Origin: Lingula anatina
Taxonomy: Eukaryota; Animalia; Brachiopoda
Length of the DNA stretch: 64,000 nt
NCBI GenBank assembly: GCA_051362555.1
Contig: CM120643.1
Location: 1,922,001-1,986,000 of the forward strand
Reading direction: 5' to 3'
Shown: piece by piece, positions 27,975-39,198 of the stretch
Numbering within the stretch: position 1 is the stretch's first letter
Layout of the letters: each line of letters opens with the position of its first letter
Program-made: the position numbers and the translations under genes
Notes under the pieces: model-generated
The model's input: the letters and a program-made list of their open reading frames with translations, nothing else
Database searches by the model: none
Told to the model about the DNA's origin: nothing

Positions 27975-29002
27975 TGAGAGAGTTAGATGGGAAACCGGGA
28001 ATCAGTTTTGGTGGTCACATCTTTAACAACCTGCGATATGCGAATGACACCGTTCTGATTGCCGAAAATGAGGCGGACTTACACGAATCTCTAAACATCG
28101 TGGAAACAAAAAGTGGTGAAAAAGGTCTGGAGTTGAACAGCAAGAAGACGGAAGTAATGGTTGTTAGCCGAAAGAAAGAAATAGCTAACTGTAAAATTTA
28201 CACAAACGGAACAGAACTAAAACAAAACCCTCTTTTTAAATACCTAGGAACTCGTATTGCAGCCGATGGGTGCAGCGACACGGAAATAAAATCAAGGATT
28301 GCTCAAGCAAAGGCAGCTTTTCAAAAAAAAAAAAAAAAAAAATGAAATCAGTTTTAACCAACAAACATCTATCAATTATCACGAGAAAGAAAGTTTTACA
28401 ATGTTACATCGAACCTATTCTTATGTATGGATGCGAAGCTTGGACCCTAAGTAAACAAATGAAGAAGAAAATCGAAGCAACTGAAATGTGGTTTTACAGA
28501 CGAATGATGCACATACCTTGGACTGATAGAAAAAAAATACAAATGTGTTGAAAGATGCAGACGCCAAAAGATCGCTCTTTAACAAAATTCGAAAACGACA
28601 AGCAAAAATTTTCGGCCACATTATAAGGAATGGGGGTCTTGAGCATCTGACCACTACGGCCAAAATCAATGGGAAAAGAAGCCGCGGAAGACAATGGGAA
28701 AAAATCAGAGACGGTCTGGTATCCTGGATGGGACTGGAGACGACAGTTGACTTGCTGAGAGCCACTCGGGACTGAGATGTGCGGAGACATGATCACCAAC
28801 AGGGCCGTAGCCTGAGCAAAATGCCAGGGGGGGCAGTAAGCGGACACGAGGGGGCAAAGCCCCCCAAGGGGGAGGGGGTGTCCCCCTACCAGTGTGGAAA
28901 ATTCTAAATCCCAGGGGGGGCAGCTGCCCCCCCTGCCCCCCCGGAGGCTACGGCCCTGACCAAAGCTGAACGGCAGGACACTGAATGATGGTGATGATGA
29001 TG
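27975..29002 (+). mobile_element. 5'-truncated RTE-clade LINE (RT C-terminal half), inactive
   Basis: NNLRYANDTVLIAE (YADD mutated), GLELNSKKTEVM, FKYLG, EIKSRIAQAKAAF, YGCEAWTL, EATEMWFYRRM, GKRSRGR. Frameshifts at poly-A runs, a (TGA)n-type tail, and a 13-bp TSD GTGATATTTTAAA (27962-74 and 29003-15). Empty site at ~44237 in unit B. Confidence 0.92.
28800..28958. mobile_element. MITE with CAGGGCCGTAGCCT TIRs nested in the LINE, 5-bp TSD
   Basis: TSD ACCAA on both sides. It is an internally deleted form of the element at 41319-41801, in opposite orientation. Confidence 0.85.
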
Positions 29003-30616
29003 GTGATATTTTAAAATATCAAATTGTTTTTAAATCACTTGATTGGTTTCTGAAAGATGATTTAAATGAAGATTAACCGTTGATTTTCCATAAATACACA
29101 GTTCCATTTGACACGTAAGATGCATTTGATCTCTTGTTTGATAGAACGTAGAAAAGGTGATTTAATTGTTTTGACATTGAAGGTTTCATATTCAAGGTTT
29201 GCGGCATAGAGATGCTTTCAGCTGGCTCAAACACTTCATCAAATATGCGACGTCTTTCCCTTTTTCCACCACATTACCTGAGCCCCTAAACGCTAATTAA
29301 AATCTTCAGATGGAACTGAATATACTGACAAAAACACAAATGACAACATATGGCAGTTGAAAACAGATTTTGCTATTCAAGAGTCATAACGGAGTGACTG
29401 GGGCTGGGGAAACTTACGTACACCAGTGTAACGCGCGTCTTTCTATAGCTAAGACAACACCGTGAAACAGTTTGAATCTCTATATTTTCCAAATTATCAT
29501 TTGTAAAAGAATTACACGCCCCACAGAAGACCCTCATATCAGTCTCTAGTCACAGCAACGGCCGCTGGTGCGTCTGACATTATCATGCTGCTACCAGGGC
29601 TCTCAATCGGCAAGGTATTCTTTGGGATAGGTTTTGTCTGATGTCTGGTCTTTTTAGGATGTCTGTAAACTCTACTTTGGCCACTAAAAGCGGTACAGGT
29701 GAAATTTGACAGGTGAAAGTCACGCGGTTTCAGTGTTCTACGCAGAAATAGGTATGGTCCCCAGTTCATTAGAGAAACAGACAACGATGTTTTGCTGTTT
29801 ACAGTGGCTTTTTCAGAGGTCGTCTGGTTTCTAACTTGATAAAATCTTTCTGGTGTTCATTTTAATCCTTTTTACCTATGACATTTTATAAGATTTATAT
29901 CGTAAAGAGGAAGACGGGTTATCATGTAACTGTAACTCGAACTGAACATATGAAGGATAAGATGACACGCGTGCGCAGTCTGGAATATTCCTGAACGTAA
30001 TAAGATGGAAAAAATAAGTCTTACGTAATCTAACCACACAAATTTTTCTGCTTAAGACGGCTGAAACCCGCATTAATTAAGCTAGAATGTCTTCAAAAAT
30101 ACTAAATATTTCAGACATTAAGGTACCTTGTGGTTTAATTAAGAAAGGCTTCTGGGTTTTAGTGGATGAGTCAAAGATTTTCTTAAGTCTCCCTGGGAGG
30201 GGGGGGGGAGGTGGGTAGCAACGTGTCATTATTACTCAGTGTCTGCTGATAACGTTATGATAGTGGACGGGGACAAAAAAGAACAATTTTTATATTGTCC
30301 TCCCTTTTTGTCAGATGCCTGCTAACACATTCAATTTGTAGATTATAACTCATTGTACCCCCATAAGTAAATAAGTTATTGTAAATGAATATCGAAGGAG
30401 AAAAACGCTTCGAAAACTAAATGGCCTATTGAATTGGTAGTAATCGTTGTAGTAATCGTTGTCCGACACGCTACATGTATTAGAAGTGGCCTGGGAATTC
30501 AGTGATTTTTGGGTTTGTTTGTTTTGTATAATTTTGCTTTAAGCAAGGCATAAACAACCTTTTCTCACTTTCAATACCAAGGCGTTAAATTATTTCACTA
30601 ATTAAAATAATGGATA

Positions 30617-30870
30617 ACTAGAAAAACACTCAGAGAGCGCAGACATCCGCCAAGGCAGCAAAGTCTCCATCCAATGCCGTTTCACCCCTAAATTTTCATT
30701 CTATAATGATTACGTTTTGATTATTTGATTATTTGATTGATTGATTATTGATCCGGATCACCACCAAAAACTAATCATCTGTTTCTTGGCCCACTTCTGA
30801 CAGTTCCTGAAAATTTCATCAAAATCGGTCTATAACTTAGTTTTTGATTTTTGATTATTGATTGATTAGT
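30617..30870. mobile_element. Helentron/HINE-like non-autonomous repeat upstream of copy A
   Basis: Starts ACTAGAAAAACACTCAGAGAGCGCAGAC, contains (GATT/TGATTATT)n and a GATCCGGATC palindrome, and is absent at the homologous position of units B and C. Family assignment is by resemblance only. Confidence 0.4.
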
Positions 30871-31289
30871 GATCTTACTATTTTGCTCCATATTGGCGTC
30901 GCAGTGTACATCATTGGTCAAATGATCGAAGGTTTCTATAACGTCTAGGATAGTTTTGTGCTGGTCGACCAAGTCACGACTTAAAATGTATAAATATGAA
31001 ATATATGAACTTGATAATTTAACAGTCTTCGCAAAAGATCTCGCATGCAGCGAAATGACAAAGACCACCGAAACATACTTTGAAATTAACAGTAAAAATT
31101 GAGTAAGAGAGATATTAAGTGGAGCTTGAGATTCTTCTTTCTCTCTCTCTTATTTCTTTCTTTATTCTTCATTTTTATTTGTAAAACCCACAACTCCTCT
31201 GCATCAACCTACGCACATTGTCAGAACGCGCACGCGCACTCTCAGTTTGCTCACGTGGAAAATTGCTGCGTGTCCACCTTTAAAAATTG

Positions 31290-31326
31290 TATAAATAGGA
31301 AGAACGGAGGAAAGAGCGTCGCAGTT
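31290..31326 (+). promoter_or_regulatory. TATA box and initiator of VWD gene copy A
   Basis: TATAAATA at 31290-97 and GCAGTT ~31 nt downstream. The same arrangement is present in copy C. Confidence 0.65.
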
Positions 31327-31382
31327 GCCCTTTCTACTTCTAGTCTGCTACACATTGGACAAGAAAGGGGACTCTCTTGAAG

Positions 31383-31563
31383 ATGACAGGACAAAGAGGC
31401 GTGGCCGTGCTTCTGATCATCGCTTTGACAACGGTGACATCCGTAACTGGCGCGGGTCCCGTCCCCTTTACTCCGCAGGAAGAGGCTCAGAGAGACAATG
31501 CTACAGCTGAAATGGCTGACCTTCCAGCCGAGGATCAGGAGCCACTGCCCGCTGGTCCAATAC
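31383..31563 (+). CDS. VWD gene copy A exon 1: signal peptide plus acidic Pro-rich linker
   Basis: MTGQRGVAVLLIIALTTVTSVTGAGPVPFTPQEEAQRD...PAGPI, with a phase-1 donor C|GTAAGT conserved in all three copies. Confidence 0.85.
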
Positions 31564-33224
31564 GTAAGTTACGTTTTTTGCAAACGTGACCGAATATGAA
31601 AACAAACATTTATCGTTGATGACTTTAACTCAAGTGTTAGCAAGAATGTTATTGAGCTGCACGTTTGTTAATCTAACGCTACTAAATATAGACTTGACAT
31701 TTTATATGTAATATTTTTTATCAGTTTTTTCTTATTTTGTTTCCCGGTAAATAAAAACAAGGATTAAAATCGTGTTCTAATAATTTCAAATATCTCTTTG
31801 ATGTCCCTGTGACATCAGTTCATTAAATGAATTCGCCAGAGAAGCAAACAAAAATATATTGCCTATTCTTAGTCGTGCGACAACAATTAAAAGCTATATG
31901 TTGGATCTCCATCTTTTCCAAATTATCATCTTTAAAAGAATTACAGTCGCTGTTACGCCTGACCTCATCTGGCTGCACTGCTACCAGAGCTTTCAAGCGG
32001 CAAGGCATTTGTCGGGATAGCTTTTTAAAGTTAAGTCTGCAATAACATTCCAGCCATAGGCCTATTTTGTTCAATTTGGTTCGTTTTCGTTGTAGGACAT
32101 GTAGGCCGTTGATTTGGCGAGTAATGAGCTCCCTACATGTAGTCTATGTGGGCCAAAATTTTGATGACAAAGGTAGCTGCTCATTTCTTTGGGTCTGTAA
32201 GTTATCTGATTTTATATGTGCTCTATGTGAACCGGCAATCTTATAGTGCAACCTGAAATTGTTCCTACGGTGCCCGTTATCAAATGGTAGTCAATTTTTT
32301 TCCCTAGATTATTCCTTTATTTGATCTGGTTCAGATTTTCAGCAATGACTACCATTGTTTTGGCACCAATGTGGTATCCACTCTAAATACTGAAGCTTTC
32401 AATGACCCTAGTAACTTCAGACGCGGCACACACTTCGTCGTAGACCTCTTCAGGATTTCTTTTAACTCTGTTTTGAATAGTTTAGCGGTACAGATGAAAT
32501 TTGACTTCATTAAAGAAAGCCACGCTGTTTCAGGGTTCTACTCAGAAAAGGTCATAGTCTCTATTTTGCTGTTCACAGTGCTTTCCTCATAGGTATTTTG
32601 GTATTCCAACCTGCTGAAACCAGTTTGGTGTTTGCTAAGGGGTCTTGAAAAACGCGTTTTGGTGGCAATTTACCCCTTATTCAGAACACTATGACAGGAA
32701 ACTGTGTTACATGTACTTATCATTTTGTAACTTAAAAGAATGGATTGACATACATCTCAAGTTGGAAAACCAGCTATATTGGGTTATTACTCCCAAATGT
32801 ATGACATTTGTTGTGAAGTTTTCATTTTTCTATTCCCGGTATTTTCAAAGTGAAAACTTAAACTTCATGGGCCTGAAGCGTTACGTTAGGTACACATTTT
32901 ACTTACAACCATATTGCCTGTTTTACATTATTAAAATTTGGTGCTGACCCGTATTAATGTATTATGTCATCAGAATTGACAGTTTTCTGTTTTATGCATC
33001 GTTTTTTCCTGGTTTTTGTCTGTACATTTGACATCTTTGTTATCTTATATACCATAGGTCCCAAAGCTTTTCAATACAGAAGTTTTTACTTTTCAAATCC
33101 CTCTGTATTGTGTCTAGCGTATCATTCACCTTCAATAAGATCATTAAATGGAGCTTTATGGAGGTACTGGAATGCATCCAAACCAGTTTTCCTTTTTCAA
33201 TCAAGTTACCCCTGATCATTTCAG

Positions 33225-33495
33225 CGGCAATCCCGGGTTGTGAATGCCATGCGCACGTGATGTCCGCTATGTTACGTGTGATGGGAAAGTCTTCAGATAT
33301 AACACCCCGCCCACCGTTATAGGTGTAATGGCAAAGCCTATAATAAGCTGGCTTTGGTATATAATAACGGAACAGGAATTCTTTGATGGAGGACCGAAGA
33401 CCCGTCTGTCAGCAGTGAAATTCAAGTCCTTTTTTTTCTACGTGAAAATTGAGTACAAAAAGACTATAGATCCAGATGGACTGTACAAAGTAACG
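33225..33495 (+). pseudogene. VWD gene copy A exon 2, 1-nt deletion frameshift (or consensus error)
   Basis: TTTCAG| acceptor and ACG|GTAAGT donor. It is 271 nt against 272 nt in copy B (GCGCACGTGAT vs GCGCATGGTGAT). Repaired, it reads CECHAH(G)DVRYVTCDGKVFRY...PDGLYKVT. Confidence 0.8.
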
Positions 33496-33589
33496 GTAAG
33501 TCACTCCTCTGCCCCCCCCCCCTCTCTCTCTCTCCCTCTGTCTGTCAGGCCACTTAATATACTGCTTCCAAAAGTTAATATTATACTTG

Positions 33590-34280
33590 AATAGGGAGAC
33601 ATAAATTGGCAATGTTACCGTGACTTTGAATTTTACATTTGACCTAGTTTCACCATAAACTAAACTTTTTAATAAATTCCGACCCTTATATCTCCAGTAC
33701 TGGCAGAGATACGCCCGAAGTTATTTGAATAGGTATTCACATATTATCGTCAATCTTAAGGTGATCTTGACCTTTTACCTACTTTTCAGCTAACGTCTGT
33801 ATAATGTAACCGTGGGACAGTTCAGGTTCGAGACGTGAACTTCGCAAATTTCATCCATTTTATCTCCAGAACTGGCAGAGATACGCCCATAGTTACAATT
33901 GAACTTGATTAGGAAGATATATACTGGCAATCTAACTGTGACCTTGAAATGTACCGTTGGCCTTATTTTCACTATTAACTTTGCAATTTTCTCTGATATC
34001 TCTGATATCCCCAAAATTGGCAAAATTACCCATATAGTTACTATTGAAATTGAATAGGAAGTCATATTCTGGCAATCTTACTGTGACCTTGAAATTTACC
34101 TTTGACCTACTTTTCATGATGAACTGAACTGCAAGTTTTCTGGTAGAGATACGCCCATGTTTACTATTGAACTTAAATAGGAAGTAATGTATTGGCAATC
34201 TTACACCTGAATTTAATCTTTAACCTACTAAGATGTTCTTGAATTTGACCTTTGACCTTTGACCTACTTTTTCACCATGG
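33590..34280. repeat. Diverged tandem repeat of AATAGGAAG...GGCAATCTTACTGTGACCTTGA units in intron 2 of copy A
   Basis: About five degenerate copies with TGACCTT/GACCTAC motifs. One related unit at ~51840-51895. Confidence 0.6.
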
Positions 34281-34529
34281 ATTGCATATGTTATGCCCCT
34301 CATATCTACAAATCTTGGAAATCTTTAATATCAGGTGCAATGTAGGTTATTTGGAACAGATTTTTCAACATTTAATGTGGCACATTATTGTCTTGTTTAC
34401 GATGTATGATAGATAAATAAATAAAGTAATAGCATGATAAAACTCATTAATTAAATTTTGCAATATCCGGAGGCGGTATCGCGTCTCTGATCCACTAGTC
34501 TATCACTGTGTTATCATGAAAGACTAGTA

Positions 34530-34598
34530 TGTCCCTAGACAGAATCGAACCCACATCTGCCTGCTTCGTAGGTAGGCACTCTTACAGCTAGGGGATCC
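34530..34598 (-). mobile_element. tRNA-derived SINE head or tRNA pseudogene fragment
   Basis: The minus strand has a B-box GGGTTCGATTC, an anticodon-like arm CCTACCTACGAAGCAGG and a shortened D-arm. It cannot fold into a complete cloverleaf. Confidence 0.35.
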
Positions 34599-35137
34599 GA
34601 TAGAAGGATATTCTAATGGTTGGACTCAACCCTTTCCAAAAGTAAACACAGTTGGGTATATGAATAAGGAACCAGAGTAAAATGCACTTTTAAACTATGG
34701 TACTAGTAATACGTGTGTGTGTGCGCGTGTGTGAATCATTTACTTTTATTATATAAAATTCGCAATTTTTTTGCTGCATGAGTAATTTTATTTGTTCGTT
34801 TGCTTGTTTGTTTCTCTGTTCAGTAGGAAGAGTAATGAACAGATTTTGATAGAATTTTAAGGATAGGTCACAAATGGCCCAAGGAAGAAAGGATTAGATT
34901 CCATTAATGAATGAATGAATGAATGAATTGATTAATTATGTACAGATTTTGATGACATTTTCAGGAGAGGATTAAAGAAAAAAAGATCAGATTTTGGTGC
35001 TGATCCATTAATTAATTTATGAATTAATAATTACTTTGTTATTTCTTTTGGCAGAGGATGTGCTATCTGAGTCCTTTTTTAGTTATAAATTTAATGCTTA
35101 TTATTATTATGGTAAGATAACAATATCATCATTGCAG

Positions 35138-35476
35138 GTGGGAAGTGAATTTGTACCTGGTCTGCCGATATGGGTTGGTTTTGTAAGCCTTGGTCCCGGT
35201 GCTGCAGAAGGTGTGATCTTCGAGGGGCGTGGTTTTCGGATTTCGGTAATTCTGAAAGATGGGGATTTCTACATTGAGGTTCGTTGCACGTTCCTGCCAC
35301 CCGTCCTGTTTGACATTTGGATACTTGTGGCCCGACATTGTCTCCAGATTCACATTCCTCCGATCTGGGACATAGAAGGGATATGTGGGGATTGGAACGG
35401 AGATCCAGGAAACGATGTTACGACACTTGTCGCCTGGCCACAGGTGACAGCTATACCGTTTAGGGGATTCCCTTAA
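35138..35476 (+). CDS. VWD gene copy A exon 3 (C-terminal half of VWD)
   Basis: TTGCAG|GTG phase-0 acceptor. Ends ...IEGICGDWNGDPGNDVTTLVAWPQV...FP*, matching the VWD G.CG..NG...ND...W motif. The frame is intact but lies downstream of the exon-2 frameshift. Confidence 0.82.
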   Translation: MGSEFVPGLPIWVGFVSLGPGAAEGVIFEGRGFRISVILKDGDFYIEVRCTFLPPVLFDIWILVARHCLQIHIPPIWDIEGICGDWNGDPGNDVTTLVAWPQVTAIPFRGFP

Positions 35477-35544
35477 CAGCAAACCACGCCGATGACGTAA
35501 GTGGATTGAAGTTTATCCGTAACATGTATACAAATTGCTTTAGT

Positions 35545-35597
<53 letters not shown>

Positions 35598-35795
35598 TTG
35601 TGGCATCCCCTAGAAAACGTTTTTCCTAAAAACTTATTTCACATCCGACTTATCAGATTTAATACCATTAATTTTGTATCCTGACTTTCACCCTTTTGTT
35701 CTCTTTTACCGGTACATAAATAATTTGTGTGCACCGATCAAAATCATGACAGACGCCAGAAAAAATAATCTTTCTCTTATGTCTCTTTTAACCAG

Positions 35796-36856
35796 GATGT
35801 TACTCGATGATCAATGGCGTGATGACCAAAGAGGATTACCAACAACTCTGTACAAACTGCCTTCTGTCTTCAGTCACTGATGTTCATGTGGAACACGGGA
35901 AGCGCTGGACGCCATTTTATGTTTCACAGCCGTTGACATAGGGTTACTACGGACCATGTCACTTTTAAAACACTATTCCCATGGAATCTTTCTGTCTGTT
36001 GACTAACAGAACTGAGAAAAGCTGATTTTTGACTCACTTATTGTTCTTTGGTGAACGTCCATGTGAGAGTAGAAAATCGACAAAAGGAACGGAATTATGG
36101 ACAATGAAACGGAAATTTGTGGGGGTGCACGCTACTCTTTCGGTTCTACGATAACTGTTCTATTTTTTTGTTTGTTTGTATTTATTTTGACAGTGGTCGA
36201 AGTGCAAATTCTTGCATGTGGGTTTTTGTAAAGAGATTGAATCAAACATTTTGCCGTAACAAGTTTCTGACATTATTTCGAGGATGTAAACAATTATGGA
36301 GAAATCTCCGAACACAAGACTGATCATAGCGGAGAAAAACACATTTGGCACTTAAAACAAATGCAATATGTCGCAAAAGAATAAGAGTAATTCTAGTACT
36401 TTTTCTAATTTTCACAAGTCTTGATTGATGGTGAAGTACAGTGGAGACGTCATGCAATGATAATAGCTTCGAAAATTTCAAATGTATTTGTATTTTTAAT
36501 TTTTGATTTATATTTCTCTTCAATTCGTTTCGCCGTGCTTGTGGCTTTAAAATCGTTATTAAATGATATCATAGAAATCAAATATCTGTAGTTTGTTTTA
36601 ATTATGTTTAAGAGTATTCCGTTTTTTGGTAAGGAAGGGCTAGGATACAACATGTTAGATCTTAGCGGAGGGGAGGAGGGGGTCACAAGTATGAAATATT
36701 ACAAACAGACGGCAGGAATAATACCACAATTTGACGGATAAATGCTTCTTTTTTAATTTCTCTTTTAAAAGTGCAAGAAGAGGTATTTCAGAAGCTGAGG
36801 GCAGGGCACGTGCCCACTGCCCCTGCCTGACGATGTTTTTATAAGTAATTAATAAA
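35796..36856 (+). other. Copy A exon 4 (3' UTR)
   Basis: Donor GAC|GTAAGT at 35496, 20 nt after the stop, and acceptor CTTTTAACCAG|G. Strongly similar to 53674-54951. AATAAA at 36851 is shared with copy B. The 3' end is uncertain. Confidence 0.55.
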
Positions 36857-38279
36857 TTCAACGGTACGCAGCTATTTAAGGGCTAATACCAAAATCAAAT
36901 GAAAAAAATTTTCACGTGCAAAAAGTAAAAAGAAATTTTAAGGTATACCTTTGATGAAATCATCCTAAAGAAGAAAATTTCAGTAAAAAAATAAATAAAT
37001 ATATAAATAATGATAACAATAATAATAAACGAAAATAATATAACCAAACTCACCCCTCCCCATTTACTACTCAGATGCAAGTGCATGAGGTCAAGTGAGT
37101 TCTTGATTCACAGGAGAGAATGGAGTTTTTTGAATAATTTTAATCGACCATGATTCATATTGTAAAATGCTTTCGTTGACAAGGAGCCTGGAGGAAAAGT
37201 GTGTGTGTGTGTGTGTGTGGGTGTGTGTGTGTGTGTGTGTGTGGGGGGGGGGGGGGGGTGAAATGTAGATGACAGGTACTGTACAGTGTCGCCGGAGTCT
37301 AGCCTTACCATAAGGCCGCAGGAACTTCCTGCCCTGCACCGCAGGCCCGGGCAATATAGCCTGCATGATGTTTGCAAGGTAGGAAAATCAGCATGTAATG
37401 CTGATAGGTCGCCCAAATTTGTCGGTCCAAGGAACTCAAACTACTCCTCAATGACCTCATGCCAGTTTTTTATCGTTAATGCAAAGAGATTGCTATGGAC
37501 ACGAGCAAACTAACGGGTTAAGTTGTATCAGCCACAACGGAAGACTAGAGTGAAAACAGATCGAATAAAAGAACCAGTCATAATTTTAAAAATTATTGAT
37601 CTCTTGAATCCAGTTGAATTATTTTAAAGAGTCACGACCAACACTTACATAGCTAAAATTAATAATTTTAAAAAGTTAACACATAAAGTAAATAGCAATG
37701 TCTCAAATTGTTTCTTATGGCATATGGTGCTTGTTTAAAAGCCAGATGCATGCCTTAATTCCCTCTATGTAATTTCGTTGTTTTTTTTATTTTTCACACT
37801 TCTCCAGTCAGATATTTTATGTGAGATCTGAGTTTTTTGAAAAAAAGAACGCATTTTACCTGGGTATACCTTTAAAACTAAAATATTCCATATTAAATCT
37901 CAAGCCTGTATATTCCTGAACATAAATGAGCCCCAACTTGTACTAGCAATTTCTGAAAAGTAAACAACATAAAAATATCATTATTCGCACAAGCATTCAT
38001 ACATGAGCACGTAATCGTAAACATACATCCTAACATAAAACAATAGACACGCATGCATGTACACTGTACAAGGCACACACACATACTTGCACTGTAACAA
38101 AAAAAAAAAAAAAAAAAAAAGAAAATAATCTGTGCAATTTCGTAATGTGTGACAGGTATCATTTTTGTCAAAAACACTACATCACGTAGCAGGGATTGTT
38201 GGGCCAGTGGTAACGTCCTTGGCACCCACACACGGCGGAGTCATTCCCATTCAGTCCCGTTTGTTTCTTTTATTTTTTA

Positions 38280-38323
<44 letters not shown>

Positions 38324-38737
38324 AATCCTTTATCGTGGTTCAGTGATTGATGTGACGAGTATCAGCTGGTAAAGTTTGTATTGTAAATTGTAACCGCAGG
38401 GTGGGCAGAAACCTAAAACATTACTCAGAAAAAAATGCTTGAAATGCCGTGAGTGAGGAGCAGATATCTTTTTCATTAAAGGTTGCTACAATATCTGTCA
38501 GATAGTGGCAGTGTCTGTAAGGCTGTAATCGGGGCATTCTGCTCTGTAAACCTGACATCATTCTTCCTTCAGTATGCTGATAGAGGACACTGTTACACTG
38601 CCATCTATCGTCATTCTATATGCACTAGTAAGGAGTTAAAATGGTGGATTTTTTTTGGTGAGGTTAACCCACGTTCAATATGTGCATGTGTTTACGCGTT
38701 ACACCATGCAATTCAGGGGAACAAGGCAAGCATGCAT

Positions 38738-39198
38738 TACCCTCTATCAGGGCGAGTGATTTTTTACAGATATTCACAGATATGTCTCTAGCTAGATAGA
38801 TGGTCATTTAAAGCTCAACTCACCCTGTTGAGAAATCTCAAGGCTGATTACATGGCCGATAATAGTTTGCATTACTGCTCAGGCACTGCCACTTAGCAGG
38901 TCCAGTCTAAGTCTGCGTGACAGCAATCAAGACAGTTAATTACTCTGACTTCAATCACTTGGTCTACTGTGACAGATAAAAGAGCCTTAGACTGGTTGCG
39001 TAACGAGCAGTTATCACATCGTTGTGAAGCTCAGCTCATGCAGAGCAAGTACAAAGCCTTTGGCGCGCGCGCAGAGATAATTGTTTCCACATGGGATTCC
39101 TCAACAGGGTGAGTTGAGCTTTAAATGACCATCTATTTAGCTAGAGACATATCTGTGAATATCTGTAAAAAATCTATCACTCGCCCTGGTAGAGGGTA
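38738..39198. mobile_element. MITE with ~105-bp TIRs and 9-bp TSD (Mutator/MULE-like)
   Basis: TACCCTCTATCAGGGCGAGTGAT... / ...ATCACTCGCCCTGGTAGAGGGTA, with TSD AGCATGCAT (38729-37 and 39199-207). Empty site at ~59332 in unit C. Confidence 0.85.

Noticed and set aside
34530-34598. Functional tRNA-Arg(ACG) gene
   Set aside because: The D-arm is truncated and the stems are mismatched. Kept only as a tRNA-derived relic.
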